A DNA stretch of 64,000 nucleotides, taken from the IMG/VR virus record IMGVR_UViG_3300020411_000003; one strand, given 5' to 3'. The stretch is from a virus. The notes below the pieces were generated by a model. That model made no database searches and was not told the DNA's origin. It saw only the letters and a list, made by a program, of their open reading frames with translations. A program made the translations under genes and the position numbers. Each line of letters opens with the position of its first letter. The stretch's first letter is position 1. Positions 56,117 through 64,000 of the stretch are shown here, piece by piece.

Positions 56117-56892
56117 AGTATTGGCAGTTGTTTAGCATCAGTGTCAAATTGGACTACGTTATTCAACAAGGTAATATCAAATGCCATAGTTATTCTAGGT
56201 TCATCTGTCTTATGCCTTGTTGTATAATGTGGTATGTAATTCGGAAACAAAGTTATAGAACCTGCTTCGTTTTTTAATTCAAATGGTTTGTCATGTTCAA
56301 ATGGACAGACATATATCGTAGAACTATCACCACACTTAACAGTGAAGTGACCTCCAATATATGTGTATCCATGTGCAGAATGATAATGTTTTTGAATCTT
56401 CTCACCCTTCCTCATGACGTTAAACCAACATCTAATACGAGTACGAGGTACTATATGATCATCTCCAAAGATACTTTTCACATATTGTTTGTGAAACTTT
56501 TTAATCTCCTTACGGAGTTTATGTATGATATCATAATCCCATGTCTCTTTATCCATGACATTAAAATATTGGAACCTAGAAGTAACACTCTTTGGTCCCA
56601 ACATAGTACTGCCATCACTGGCAGCAGGATACTTATCGACAAGTTCTTTCTCTTTCTTTAATAGAAGTTCTGTTAATACATCAAGATCTAAATCAATTTT
56701 CTTTTTACCTATAGTATACTTCCACTCAGGTGCAAACTCTGAAAAGATAGGTGGATTCTCAAAGTCATAACCAACCCAGTCAACTCCATTTCTGAGTTTC
56801 AACATTCTTACATCTTCACCTTGTTGAAACTCTGGTTGCTCCTGTCCAGGACGAGATCTATCTCGTGTAACAACGATACTAGGATCAATCAT
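56113..56892 (-). CDS. 2OG-Fe(II) oxygenase-like protein
   Basis: WFNV..HYHS..ITLFP..IPH..RITMAFD. Confidence 0.85.
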   Translation of the reverse strand: MIDPSIVVTRDRSRPGQEQPEFQQGEDVRMLKLRNGVDWVGYDFENPPIFSEFAPEWKYTIGKKKIDLDLDVLTELLLKKEKELVDKYPAASDGSTMLGPKSVTSRFQYFNVMDKETWDYDIIHKLRKEIKKFHKQYVKSIFGDDHIVPRTRIRCWFNVMRKGEKIQKHYHSAHGYTYIGGHFTVKCGDSSTIYVCPFEHDKPFELKNEAGSITLFPNYIPHYTTRHKTDEPRITMAFDITLLNNVVQFDTDAKQLPIL

Positions 56893-58046
56893 AATTTAAA
56901 GCCAGCAAATGTATCCTTCTTAACGTCTTGCTTGATGCTACCCACAACATAGCTCTCGACCTCTGTCTCTTGTGGTGCAACCTGCATACCCTTAGAGGAT
57001 AACCAGTGTGCAGTCCATGGTAATGGATTGTTTGCCATAGGTGTATCAAAGATTGCTTTGAGACCCATAGATTTTAACCTACGATTAGCAGTCCATTCAA
57101 CATAGTTCTGTAGAAGTTTGTCATTCAATCCAATGATTGATCCATCCTTAAACAAATACTCTGCCCACTCCTTCTCTTCTTGAACACAATCCTTAAACAT
57201 TTGATAGACATGTTCCTCTTCTTCCTTAGCAATCTCAATCATCTCTGGATCATCTCCCTCCTTCCATTTATTAAGAATGTTCTGCGTGACGGCCATGTGT
57301 TGTGATTCATCTCTGGCGATGAGTGATATGATTTTTGCAGATCCCTCCAAGAGCTTGAGTTCCCCAAAAGCAAAACTACAAGCGAAAGATACATAAAACC
57401 GAACACCTTCCAGTATATACACATTTGCTACTGCCCTATAAAGTTTACGTTTTAGATCTTTAAGTGTCCATTCAGCATTGATGTGATCTCTCCATCCATC
57501 TTTCCACATGTTACTTTGATCATACTCATGTGCATAGTTAATGAACTCATCGTATGCCTTAGTGACTGACTCTGCACGTGCAATGATCTTATCATCATCC
57601 AAGATAGTATCAAAGACCTCCGATGGATCTGAGTATACATTCTTAATGATGTGAGTATAAGACCTACTATGAATCATCTCCATAGTCTGCCAGATATTCA
57701 TACAACCTTCTAGTTCTGGTAGAGAACAGTAAGGTGCAAATGCCATACCAGGAGCACGACCTTGTACACTGTCCAATAGGATCTGGTACTTAAGGTTTGC
57801 TGTGAAGATATGTTTTTGTGCTTCATTCAATGTAGGGTAGTCTGCCCTATCCTTCTGCAACGAAACTTCCTCTGGTCTCCAGAAGAAGCCTAGTTGTGTT
57901 TGTGTTAACTTATCGAAAATAGGATACTTAAACTTATCGTATCGTTGAACTCCTAATGGAGGTCCAAAGAACATTTGTCCTTTGGTGGTATCAGTCTTCT
58001 GTAGATTGAAGACTGTCATACCAGTAATATCAGATGGCACAGGCAT
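56889..58046 (-). CDS. nrdB: Ribonucleotide reductase class Ia beta subunit
   Basis: FFWRPEEVSL..LDSVQ..EMIHSRSY..LEG.RFY..RDESQH. Confidence 0.97.
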   Translation of the reverse strand: MPVPSDITGMTVFNLQKTDTTKGQMFFGPPLGVQRYDKFKYPIFDKLTQTQLGFFWRPEEVSLQKDRADYPTLNEAQKHIFTANLKYQILLDSVQGRAPGMAFAPYCSLPELEGCMNIWQTMEMIHSRSYTHIIKNVYSDPSEVFDTILDDDKIIARAESVTKAYDEFINYAHEYDQSNMWKDGWRDHINAEWTLKDLKRKLYRAVANVYILEGVRFYVSFACSFAFGELKLLEGSAKIISLIARDESQHMAVTQNILNKWKEGDDPEMIEIAKEEEEHVYQMFKDCVQEEKEWAEYLFKDGSIIGLNDKLLQNYVEWTANRRLKSMGLKAIFDTPMANNPLPWTAHWLSSKGMQVAPQETEVESYVVGSIKQDVKKDTFAGFKL

Positions 58047-60369
58047 CGCAGTCACTCTCCTCTGTAGCAAAAATGTCGTCTAGTAGATTAGAAATGGTTT
58101 GTTTTTCTTCAGGCAAGTCATCCTTCCAACCAATAGGATGTGCAGGGTCATCAATATCCTTCTTAGAATCATAAGTATTTTGATAGTAAGAAGTCTTCCA
58201 ACCATATTTGTATGTGGTAAGAAGATCCTGTGCCATTACTGAAGTAGGAACTTCAGCGTTGTCGAAATGCTCTGGATTATAGGACCAGTTTCCAGAAATC
58301 GCTTGATCAAAGAACTTCTGCATAACTGCAACAATATTAATATACCCAGTATTGCTAGGCATATCCCACAGCAACGTATAGTTGTTCTTAAGAGATCCAA
58401 TTTGGGGGACAACTTGTTTAAGAGGTCCCTTCTTAGATTTCTTGACCGAGAGATAATCTCTGGGTGGTTCAATGCCATTTGTAGCATTGGAAACAACTGA
58501 GGAGGATTCGGATGGCATCTGTGCAGATAACGTACTATGTCTGAGTCCATGCATAAGGATACTTCCTCGCAGTCCTTCCCAGTCACAGTTAAGTTTGTTC
58601 TCAACCAGTTCATCTACATCCTTTTTGTAAGTATCTATAGGTAGAACACCATCAGCATACTTAGTACGTTCAAAGTAATCACATGGACCTTTGTCCTTAG
58701 CAATTCGATTAGATGACTTGAGTAGATAGTATTGGAATGACTCTGTAAGATCATGTACCAACTGCCATGCTTTTGGATCCTCATACTTAACACCTTGCTT
58801 GGCAAGATAGTGTGCGAGTCCAATAAATCCGATGCCTAAAGAACGCCTTGCAAGGGTGCTCTTTCGTGCTGCATCTACTGGATATGCTTGATAGTCAATC
58901 AACTCCTCCAGACCTCGCACAGCAAGGTCACAGAGTTCTTCCATCTCTTCAAGGTTCCTCAACTTACCTACATTAATAGCACTAAGAATACATAATGCAA
59001 TCTCACCTTCACCATCAATGTGTTGGATAGGTGTAGTAGGTAGAGTGATCTCCTGACATAGGTTACTCATGTTAACCTTGTCCTTAAAGGATGAGTGCTC
59101 ATTGCAGTGGTCGATATTCATGATGTAAATACGACCAGTCTCTGCTCTCTCCTTTAATAGATCCAAGATGAGTTCTTGTGCTGAGACGGTAGTTCTTGGA
59201 ATTGATAGATCTTGCTCGTATGAAGTATATAAATCGTCAAATGCATCAGTGCCAAAAGCATCATACAGACCTGGAACGTCGTGCGGGCTAAAGAGACTGA
59301 TCTCCTGACTGCTGATGAATCTTTCATAAAACAGTTTGGATAATTGAATACTGTAATCTAACTTTCTGACTCGGTTGTCTTCGGTTCCTTTGTTGTTTTT
59401 GAGGACGAGGATGTCTTGGATTTCCTGATGCCAGATCGGAAAGTGGACAGTTGCCGACCCACCTCTGATCCCGTTTTGAGTACAACATCTGACAGTAGAC
59501 TCAAATTTCTTAAGGAAGGGTACAACACCTGTGTGCTGAACCTCTCCACCTCTGATTCTAGAGTTGATTCCTCTGATTCGTCCTGCGTTAATGCCGATAC
59601 CAGCCCTTTGTGCAACGTATTTCCCAATAGCCATATCAGAGCTAAAGATACTATCGAGGGTATCGTCAGAATCAACCAGAACACAAGATGCAAATTGACG
59701 TATGGGTGTTCTGACACCTGCCATAATGGGCGTTGGGATGTTGATTTTGTGTTTGGAGATTGCGTCGTAGTAGTTTTTGACATAGTTAAGTCTCACATCT
59801 GAAGAATAGTTTGCGAACAGTGTGGCAGCAATCATCATGTACATGTACTGTGGACTCTCATAAACCTCACCAGTACTCCTATCCTGTACAAGATACTTGT
59901 CTACAACTTGTCTTAGACCAGCATATGTAAACAACAAATCACGGTCGTGATCGATCCATGAATTAATCTGCTCCCACTCTTCGTCTGAATATTTAGATTC
60001 AATCTCTCCATCATATACACCTTTAGTAACACATGATTTAATCTGTGTTTTGATATGTGGATGTGATTCAGTCCACAAAGGACCATGAACCTGCTTATAC
60101 AATGAGTACAGGAGCAGTCTTGCTGCTACAAACTGATAATTGTAATGTTCCATATCAATTAGATCACTCGCTGACCTAATAAGAATCTCTTGAATGTCCG
60201 AAGTTTTAATACCATCATAAAACTGTAGACCAGAGTTCATCTCAACTTGTGATGCACTAACACCACTACCGAGACCTTCACAGGCATCCTCTACCACCTT
60301 ATGAATTTTATCAAGGTCAAGTGCGGTGACCTCACCGTCTCGTTTTACTACGTTGATTCCGTTGCTCAT
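58030..60369 (-). CDS. nrdA: Ribonucleotide reductase class Ia alpha subunit
   Basis: ATP cone, FASCVL, SNLCQE; C-terminal CDAC; no intein. Confidence 0.98.
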   Translation of the reverse strand: MSNGINVVKRDGEVTALDLDKIHKVVEDACEGLGSGVSASQVEMNSGLQFYDGIKTSDIQEILIRSASDLIDMEHYNYQFVAARLLLYSLYKQVHGPLWTESHPHIKTQIKSCVTKGVYDGEIESKYSDEEWEQINSWIDHDRDLLFTYAGLRQVVDKYLVQDRSTGEVYESPQYMYMMIAATLFANYSSDVRLNYVKNYYDAISKHKINIPTPIMAGVRTPIRQFASCVLVDSDDTLDSIFSSDMAIGKYVAQRAGIGINAGRIRGINSRIRGGEVQHTGVVPFLKKFESTVRCCTQNGIRGGSATVHFPIWHQEIQDILVLKNNKGTEDNRVRKLDYSIQLSKLFYERFISSQEISLFSPHDVPGLYDAFGTDAFDDLYTSYEQDLSIPRTTVSAQELILDLLKERAETGRIYIMNIDHCNEHSSFKDKVNMSNLCQEITLPTTPIQHIDGEGEIALCILSAINVGKLRNLEEMEELCDLAVRGLEELIDYQAYPVDAARKSTLARRSLGIGFIGLAHYLAKQGVKYEDPKAWQLVHDLTESFQYYLLKSSNRIAKDKGPCDYFERTKYADGVLPIDTYKKDVDELVENKLNCDWEGLRGSILMHGLRHSTLSAQMPSESSSVVSNATNGIEPPRDYLSVKKSKKGPLKQVVPQIGSLKNNYTLLWDMPSNTGYINIVAVMQKFFDQAISGNWSYNPEHFDNAEVPTSVMAQDLLTTYKYGWKTSYYQNTYDSKKDIDDPAHPIGWKDDLPEEKQTISNLLDDIFATEESDCDACAI

Positions 60370-61355
60370 ATTTTCTTCCAGTCGTTTAGTTTAAGAGTTG
60401 CTTCTAATCCAGAATATGAATTAGATTCTACCACGCTTTGCACGTTATGTCCAGAAAGATACATATCGTTTATGTCCTTCTGCTGAATATTCTTTGGCCA
60501 AATTACTACCTTACCTCCTCCATCGATGGTCTTTGCGATTCGCTTGACGATTTCTCTATTGCGTGGTTCGTTATCATAAACGTAAATATAATCGCTCCAA
60601 CCAAACGTCCGACAGTCAATATCGGAACCAGCCATAGCAACCGAGTTTTTGATAAACGTAGCATCGAATGGTCCCTCAGTAATGTAAATGGGTTTTGTTT
60701 CATCTATTCTGTCTAGTCCATAGATTTTTGGTTTGTCCTCATCAAGCATGACCGTGATGTACCGTAACTTAGCCGTCTTGGCTAGGGATCTCCCTTGATA
60801 TCCGAACAACCTTCCATCTTTATCCCTGAATGGAATGATGATCCTGTCATCATCACCCCTAAGACTGTCAAAAGTCCTCTTCTGTTCGTTAGTCCAAGCC
60901 TTAAACTTAGGACAGTAATAGAACAGATCAAGGACTTTGATTCCTCTATCTTCGAGATATTTTCGTGCAGGGTGTGATGTATTTAGATCAGAAATTTTAT
61001 CTAAATCAATATCATTTTTCTTAAAGACAGGTGCTTTAAAATTGAACTTTGGATTGGGTGTAGTAGTAGCCTTACCAGTCGTTCCCTGCCTAAATTTCTC
61101 CATGACAAATTGGTCATGAAGTAATGTGTCTTGATCCTTTAAAAAATTAGATAATGTTCTGCCTACACCACAATTGTGGCACTTATAAACAAAGTCATTC
61201 TTCTTCTTGAACAAGTATCCACGTGCTTTGTTCTTCCTTTTCTGTGAGTCACCACAGTAAGGACACCTAAAATTAAAAAGGTCTGCCTTCTTTCTAGTGA
61301 AGAGGGTCAGACGAGGCGAGACAAGTTGTATGTATTTTACGTCGATATACGACAT
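60366..61355 (-). CDS. gp61: DNA primase gp61
   Basis: CPYCGDS..CHNC zinc finger; TEGPFDA and DNEPRN TOPRIM motifs. Confidence 0.96.
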   Translation of the reverse strand: MSYIDVKYIQLVSPRLTLFTRKKADLFNFRCPYCGDSQKRKNKARGYLFKKKNDFVYKCHNCGVGRTLSNFLKDQDTLLHDQFVMEKFRQGTTGKATTTPNPKFNFKAPVFKKNDIDLDKISDLNTSHPARKYLEDRGIKVLDLFYYCPKFKAWTNEQKRTFDSLRGDDDRIIIPFRDKDGRLFGYQGRSLAKTAKLRYITVMLDEDKPKIYGLDRIDETKPIYITEGPFDATFIKNSVAMAGSDIDCRTFGWSDYIYVYDNEPRNREIVKRIAKTIDGGGKVVIWPKNIQQKDINDMYLSGHNVQSVVESNSYSGLEATLKLNDWKKI

Positions 61356-61359
61356 TCCA

Positions 61360-61767
61360 TCAAGCTGTATCTGATGGATATATTGTAGGGCTTGATACTG
61401 GTTTTGTCAACTGTCCTTGTGACGGTTGTAAAATTGGTTTGATGAGTGCTTGTCCGACTGGACTAACGAGGAAAGATATAACACTAAGAGCACCAAAAAT
61501 AGTCCACATCTTCTTTTCCATGATCCTAAGACGCTCATCGACTTTTCGGATGTCTCTTTCACAACCTTTCTTGATTTCCTCTGCTCTGCGGTTTACCTCA
61601 CGGTGGACTGACTCCACCTTCTCAAAGAGTACTGCATCTATTCTATCCTGCTTGTCAAGTTTTTCATTATGGACAGCAAGCAACTCCCCCATCTTGGTGG
61701 AGTTGTCAGACAGTTTATCTACGACCTTTTCCAGTCGCTCTAATATCGCAGCGTTTATCTCAGACAT
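61360..61767 (-). CDS. Coiled-coil protein with C-terminal TM helix
   Basis: Start refined to MSEINAAIL. Confidence 0.7.
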   Translation of the reverse strand: MSEINAAILERLEKVVDKLSDNSTKMGELLAVHNEKLDKQDRIDAVLFEKVESVHREVNRRAEEIKKGCERDIRKVDERLRIMEKKMWTIFGALSVISFLVSPVGQALIKPILQPSQGQLTKPVSSPTIYPSDTA

Positions 61768-62497
61768 TTCGGATTGCAAAATCCAGTGCAGACTGGAACG
61801 TTGCAGCATCCTTATTAACCATGAACCTGAACTGATCCTTATGGGTATCATCCAGTGATCCATAACATGCTGCGATCTTCTTAGCAGAAAAATTATCTAG
61901 ATTCTGTACAGATCCATCAGCGAACTGTACTTTTGCCATGTCATGCTCACCAAATCCAGGAACCTCTTTAGTTGCAACTGCTACTGCTACTTCGAGAGCA
62001 TCCTTCTGGTCAATCACGGTTTCTTTAATCATGTTATCACCTTCTAATTCTTTAGAGTTATTCAATGTTTTCAATTTTTTAGTTTGTGAACCTGCCTTCT
62101 TCTTGAAGTCAGATAACCTTGCCTTCATCAGAACATCCATCTCTTTGGTTTTGTTCTGCATCTTTTGCTTGGCTTCACCACGCTTTTTCTGTAACTCCTT
62201 TCTACGATTGAGTTTTTTCATTTGCCCAATCTGTTTCTGAGCACGTTCTGTTTCGTTAGGAACGGATTCAGCAATAGGAGTTTCTAATTCTTCTTTCTTC
62301 ATCTTTCTACGTTGGATACGTGACATCAGATCTTTAGCATCTTTAGAGCGGCCATCAATTTTGGAGTTACCCTTCTTATATTTACGTGCCGACTTAGTAT
62401 TAACAAAGACAAAAGCAGGTGGCAGTGCAAGACCGCTACCATCTCCAGCCATCATTTCGGAAAGTCGTTTCATATCAGGTTTAGTTCCTTCAGACAC
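61760..62497 (-). CDS. Conserved hypothetical protein
   Basis: Lys-rich middle; LDNFSAKKI motif. Confidence 0.7.
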   Translation of the reverse strand: MSEGTKPDMKRLSEMMAGDGSGLALPPAFVFVNTKSARKYKKGNSKIDGRSKDAKDLMSRIQRRKMKKEELETPIAESVPNETERAQKQIGQMKKLNRRKELQKKRGEAKQKMQNKTKEMDVLMKARLSDFKKKAGSQTKKLKTLNNSKELEGDNMIKETVIDQKDALEVAVAVATKEVPGFGEHDMAKVQFADGSVQNLDNFSAKKIAACYGSLDDTHKDQFRFMVNKDAATFQSALDFAIRNV

Positions 62498-62826
62498 GTT
62501 TTATCTATGTCTTTATTTAGTGATTCAGGCAACCTGTCTAGAAAAACCATAAAGGATTTAATAACAGGCCAGTAATTGTTCTCAATTTTATAGAACAACA
62601 ACGGTGTTGCTGCATCACCAAAGACATTATACAATAATATAATATGATTCAATATTAAATGTTTACGAAACTCCCCAGTAGTTTCATACCTTCTGAGGAG
62701 TCGTTTAATATATTTGAATCTTTTCAAATCCTCCTCGAAGTCAGCATATGTGACTGATTGAGGATTATTATAATTTTTAATAGCGAATAGGATCCAGTTA
62801 TCCTGTGTCAATTCATCGAATTTCAT
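62470..62826 (-). CDS. Conserved T4-like hypothetical protein
   Basis: FAIKNYNNP..F.EDLKRFKYIKRL..LNH.I..YNVFG. Confidence 0.78.
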   Translation of the reverse strand: MKFDELTQDNWILFAIKNYNNPQSVTYADFEEDLKRFKYIKRLLRRYETTGEFRKHLILNHIILLYNVFGDAATPLLFYKIENNYWPVIKSFMVFLDRLPESLNKDIDKTCLKELNLI

Positions 62827-62834
62827 TTACATAA

Positions 62835-63419
62835 TTATGTAACTGTTAGAGTGGCAGCAGTTGAAACAACCTCGACAGCACCAGCAGATGTGTTAACCAC
62901 AACTCTGTACTGATTACCGTTGTCTCCAGCGACTACAGCAGCAGTCTCATAAGAAGCAGCAGTTGCACTGTCGATGTCAGCGAATGTTACGCCACTATCT
63001 GTGCTGAGTTGCCACTGATATGTTGCTGAACCAGCTCCAGTTACTGTAGCAGCAACTGTAAATGTTGCTGTGTTTGAACCATTGGCTGCAACACTAGCAT
63101 TTGCTGGTTGTGTACCAATTGCGATAGAAGATGCTGCATCTCCTGCAATTGTATCATCACTCTGAGTCTCGTTTGCATTTGCATCTGCATTCGCAAGAGT
63201 GATTAAATGCTCTGCTTTATGGCGAGTATTGCCAGCAGCATCATCATAGGTGAAATAAGACCACCAACCAGGAGCATTAATACCACGAGACTTATTCTGT
63301 GGAAGTGCTGCTTCGGTTTCGTCAACGAAGACTATAGTTTTTGCTTGACTTGATGCAGCGACACCAATACCTGCTTTGGTCTTGTTGGCATTGCTATCAG
63401 TCCTACCGTAAAGAGACAT
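62835..63419 (-). CDS. Structural protein with Ig-like domain
   Basis: QP..ATF.V.A..TYQWQ.S..G..YRVVV; late promoter at 63453-63460. Confidence 0.75.
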   Translation of the reverse strand: MSLYGRTDSNANKTKAGIGVAASSQAKTIVFVDETEAALPQNKSRGINAPGWWSYFTYDDAAGNTRHKAEHLITLANADANANETQSDDTIAGDAASSIAIGTQPANASVAANGSNTATFTVAATVTGAGSATYQWQLSTDSGVTFADIDSATAASYETAAVVAGDNGNQYRVVVNTSAGAVEVVSTAATLTVT

Positions 63420-63455
63420 TGATACGCTCCAAATAATTTATTTGACTAAAGATAT

Positions 63456-63638
63456 TTATACAGCACCCAATCTCATTGCTTTCTTGACCCTTGCTACCAA
63501 TTGATCATCCACGTCGTTATCAGTGGACTGAGCAAAATCCTCAAGCATCTCAACAGCAAAAACCTTCATCTGTTTTTTAAATACCTTCCTTACCATTAAG
63601 AATAGTAAGGGTTTGAATAACAAAAATAAAAAGGTCAT
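63456..63638 (-). CDS. Small hypothetical protein
   Basis: STDNDVDDQLV motif. Confidence 0.6.
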   Translation of the reverse strand: MTFLFLLFKPLLFLMVRKVFKKQMKVFAVEMLEDFAQSTDNDVDDQLVARVKKAMRLGAV

Positions 63639-64000
63639 CCGTAATATTTCACCGCAGCGTCATAGTATGACCCCATGTTGTGATCAGCAACACCATCAAA
63701 TTTAGTGTCCTTCTCATCTTTCAACTTAATAACTGGATGAGTATGTACATATCCAGCAAGCCAAGGGGGTGTGCCAGGTACTATATCATCTCCATGAACA
63801 AAACGCAAGTGCTCAAGATCCTTGATCCTCCTGCGTAGTCTGCGTCCACCTGGTCTAGGTGATCCAGCAGTCACTAGGGCTACATTCTTATTGCCTGACT
63901 CCCATAACAAGTCTGCAATTAAGGTAGCGGTTGCTCCACCAAGAGAGTGACCTGCAATAACAAGTTTCCTCTCTGGATTCAATCCCTCATATGCTACCAC
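63635..64000 (-). CDS. Class 3 lipase-like alpha/beta hydrolase (5'-truncated)
   Basis: IAGHSLGG (GxSxG), GSPRPG, DIVP..P, DH. Confidence 0.85.
   Translation of the reverse strand: MVAYEGLNPERKLVIAGHSLGGATATLIADLLWESGNKNVALVTAGSPRPGGRRLRRRIKDLEHLRFVHGDDIVPGTPPWLAGYVHTHPVIKLKDEKDTKFDGVADHNMGSYYDAAVKYYG

Noticed and set aside
56889-60369. Intein or intron in nrdA/nrdB
   Set aside because: Lengths are normal, with no insertion or splicing motifs.
1-64000. Stop-codon reassignment
   Set aside because: Core genes translate full length with the standard code, and no suppressor tRNA is present.

Overview
A 64-kb segment of a T4-like marine cyanophage (cyanomyovirus), AT-rich and mostly transcribed on the minus strand. 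In order it holds: the 5' 8 kb of a giant repeat-rich virion protein missing from the ORF track; a tRNA cluster (Leu, Arg, CAU, Thr) with an HNH nuclease and a circularly permuted cyanobacterial-type tmRNA; two cpeT-like lyases and an outer-membrane-like protein; the baseplate/tail module (gp5, cp12, hub, two long tape-measure-like proteins, gp51, gp26, gp54, gp4, gp2, gp48, gp53); pebS, gp32, gp33, exonuclease, phoH, thyX and purN; a photosynthesis cassette (psbA, ho1, petF, petE, three hli); an exported-protein cluster, S8 protease and fibre; talC, several 2OG-Fe(II) oxygenases, nrdB/nrdA, primase and a partial lipase. The top leads are: (1) a phage tmRNA beside two genes whose stop codons lie inside tRNAs, so tRNA processing would create non-stop mRNAs; (2) a PARP-like ADP-ribosyltransferase domain in a tape-measure-like protein; (3) a -1 frameshift signal fusing gp26 to gp51, resembling tail-chaperone G/GT; (4) tandem glutamine-riboswitch-like elements with a nested ORF. 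All family assignments come from motif recognition by eye; no database search was run.
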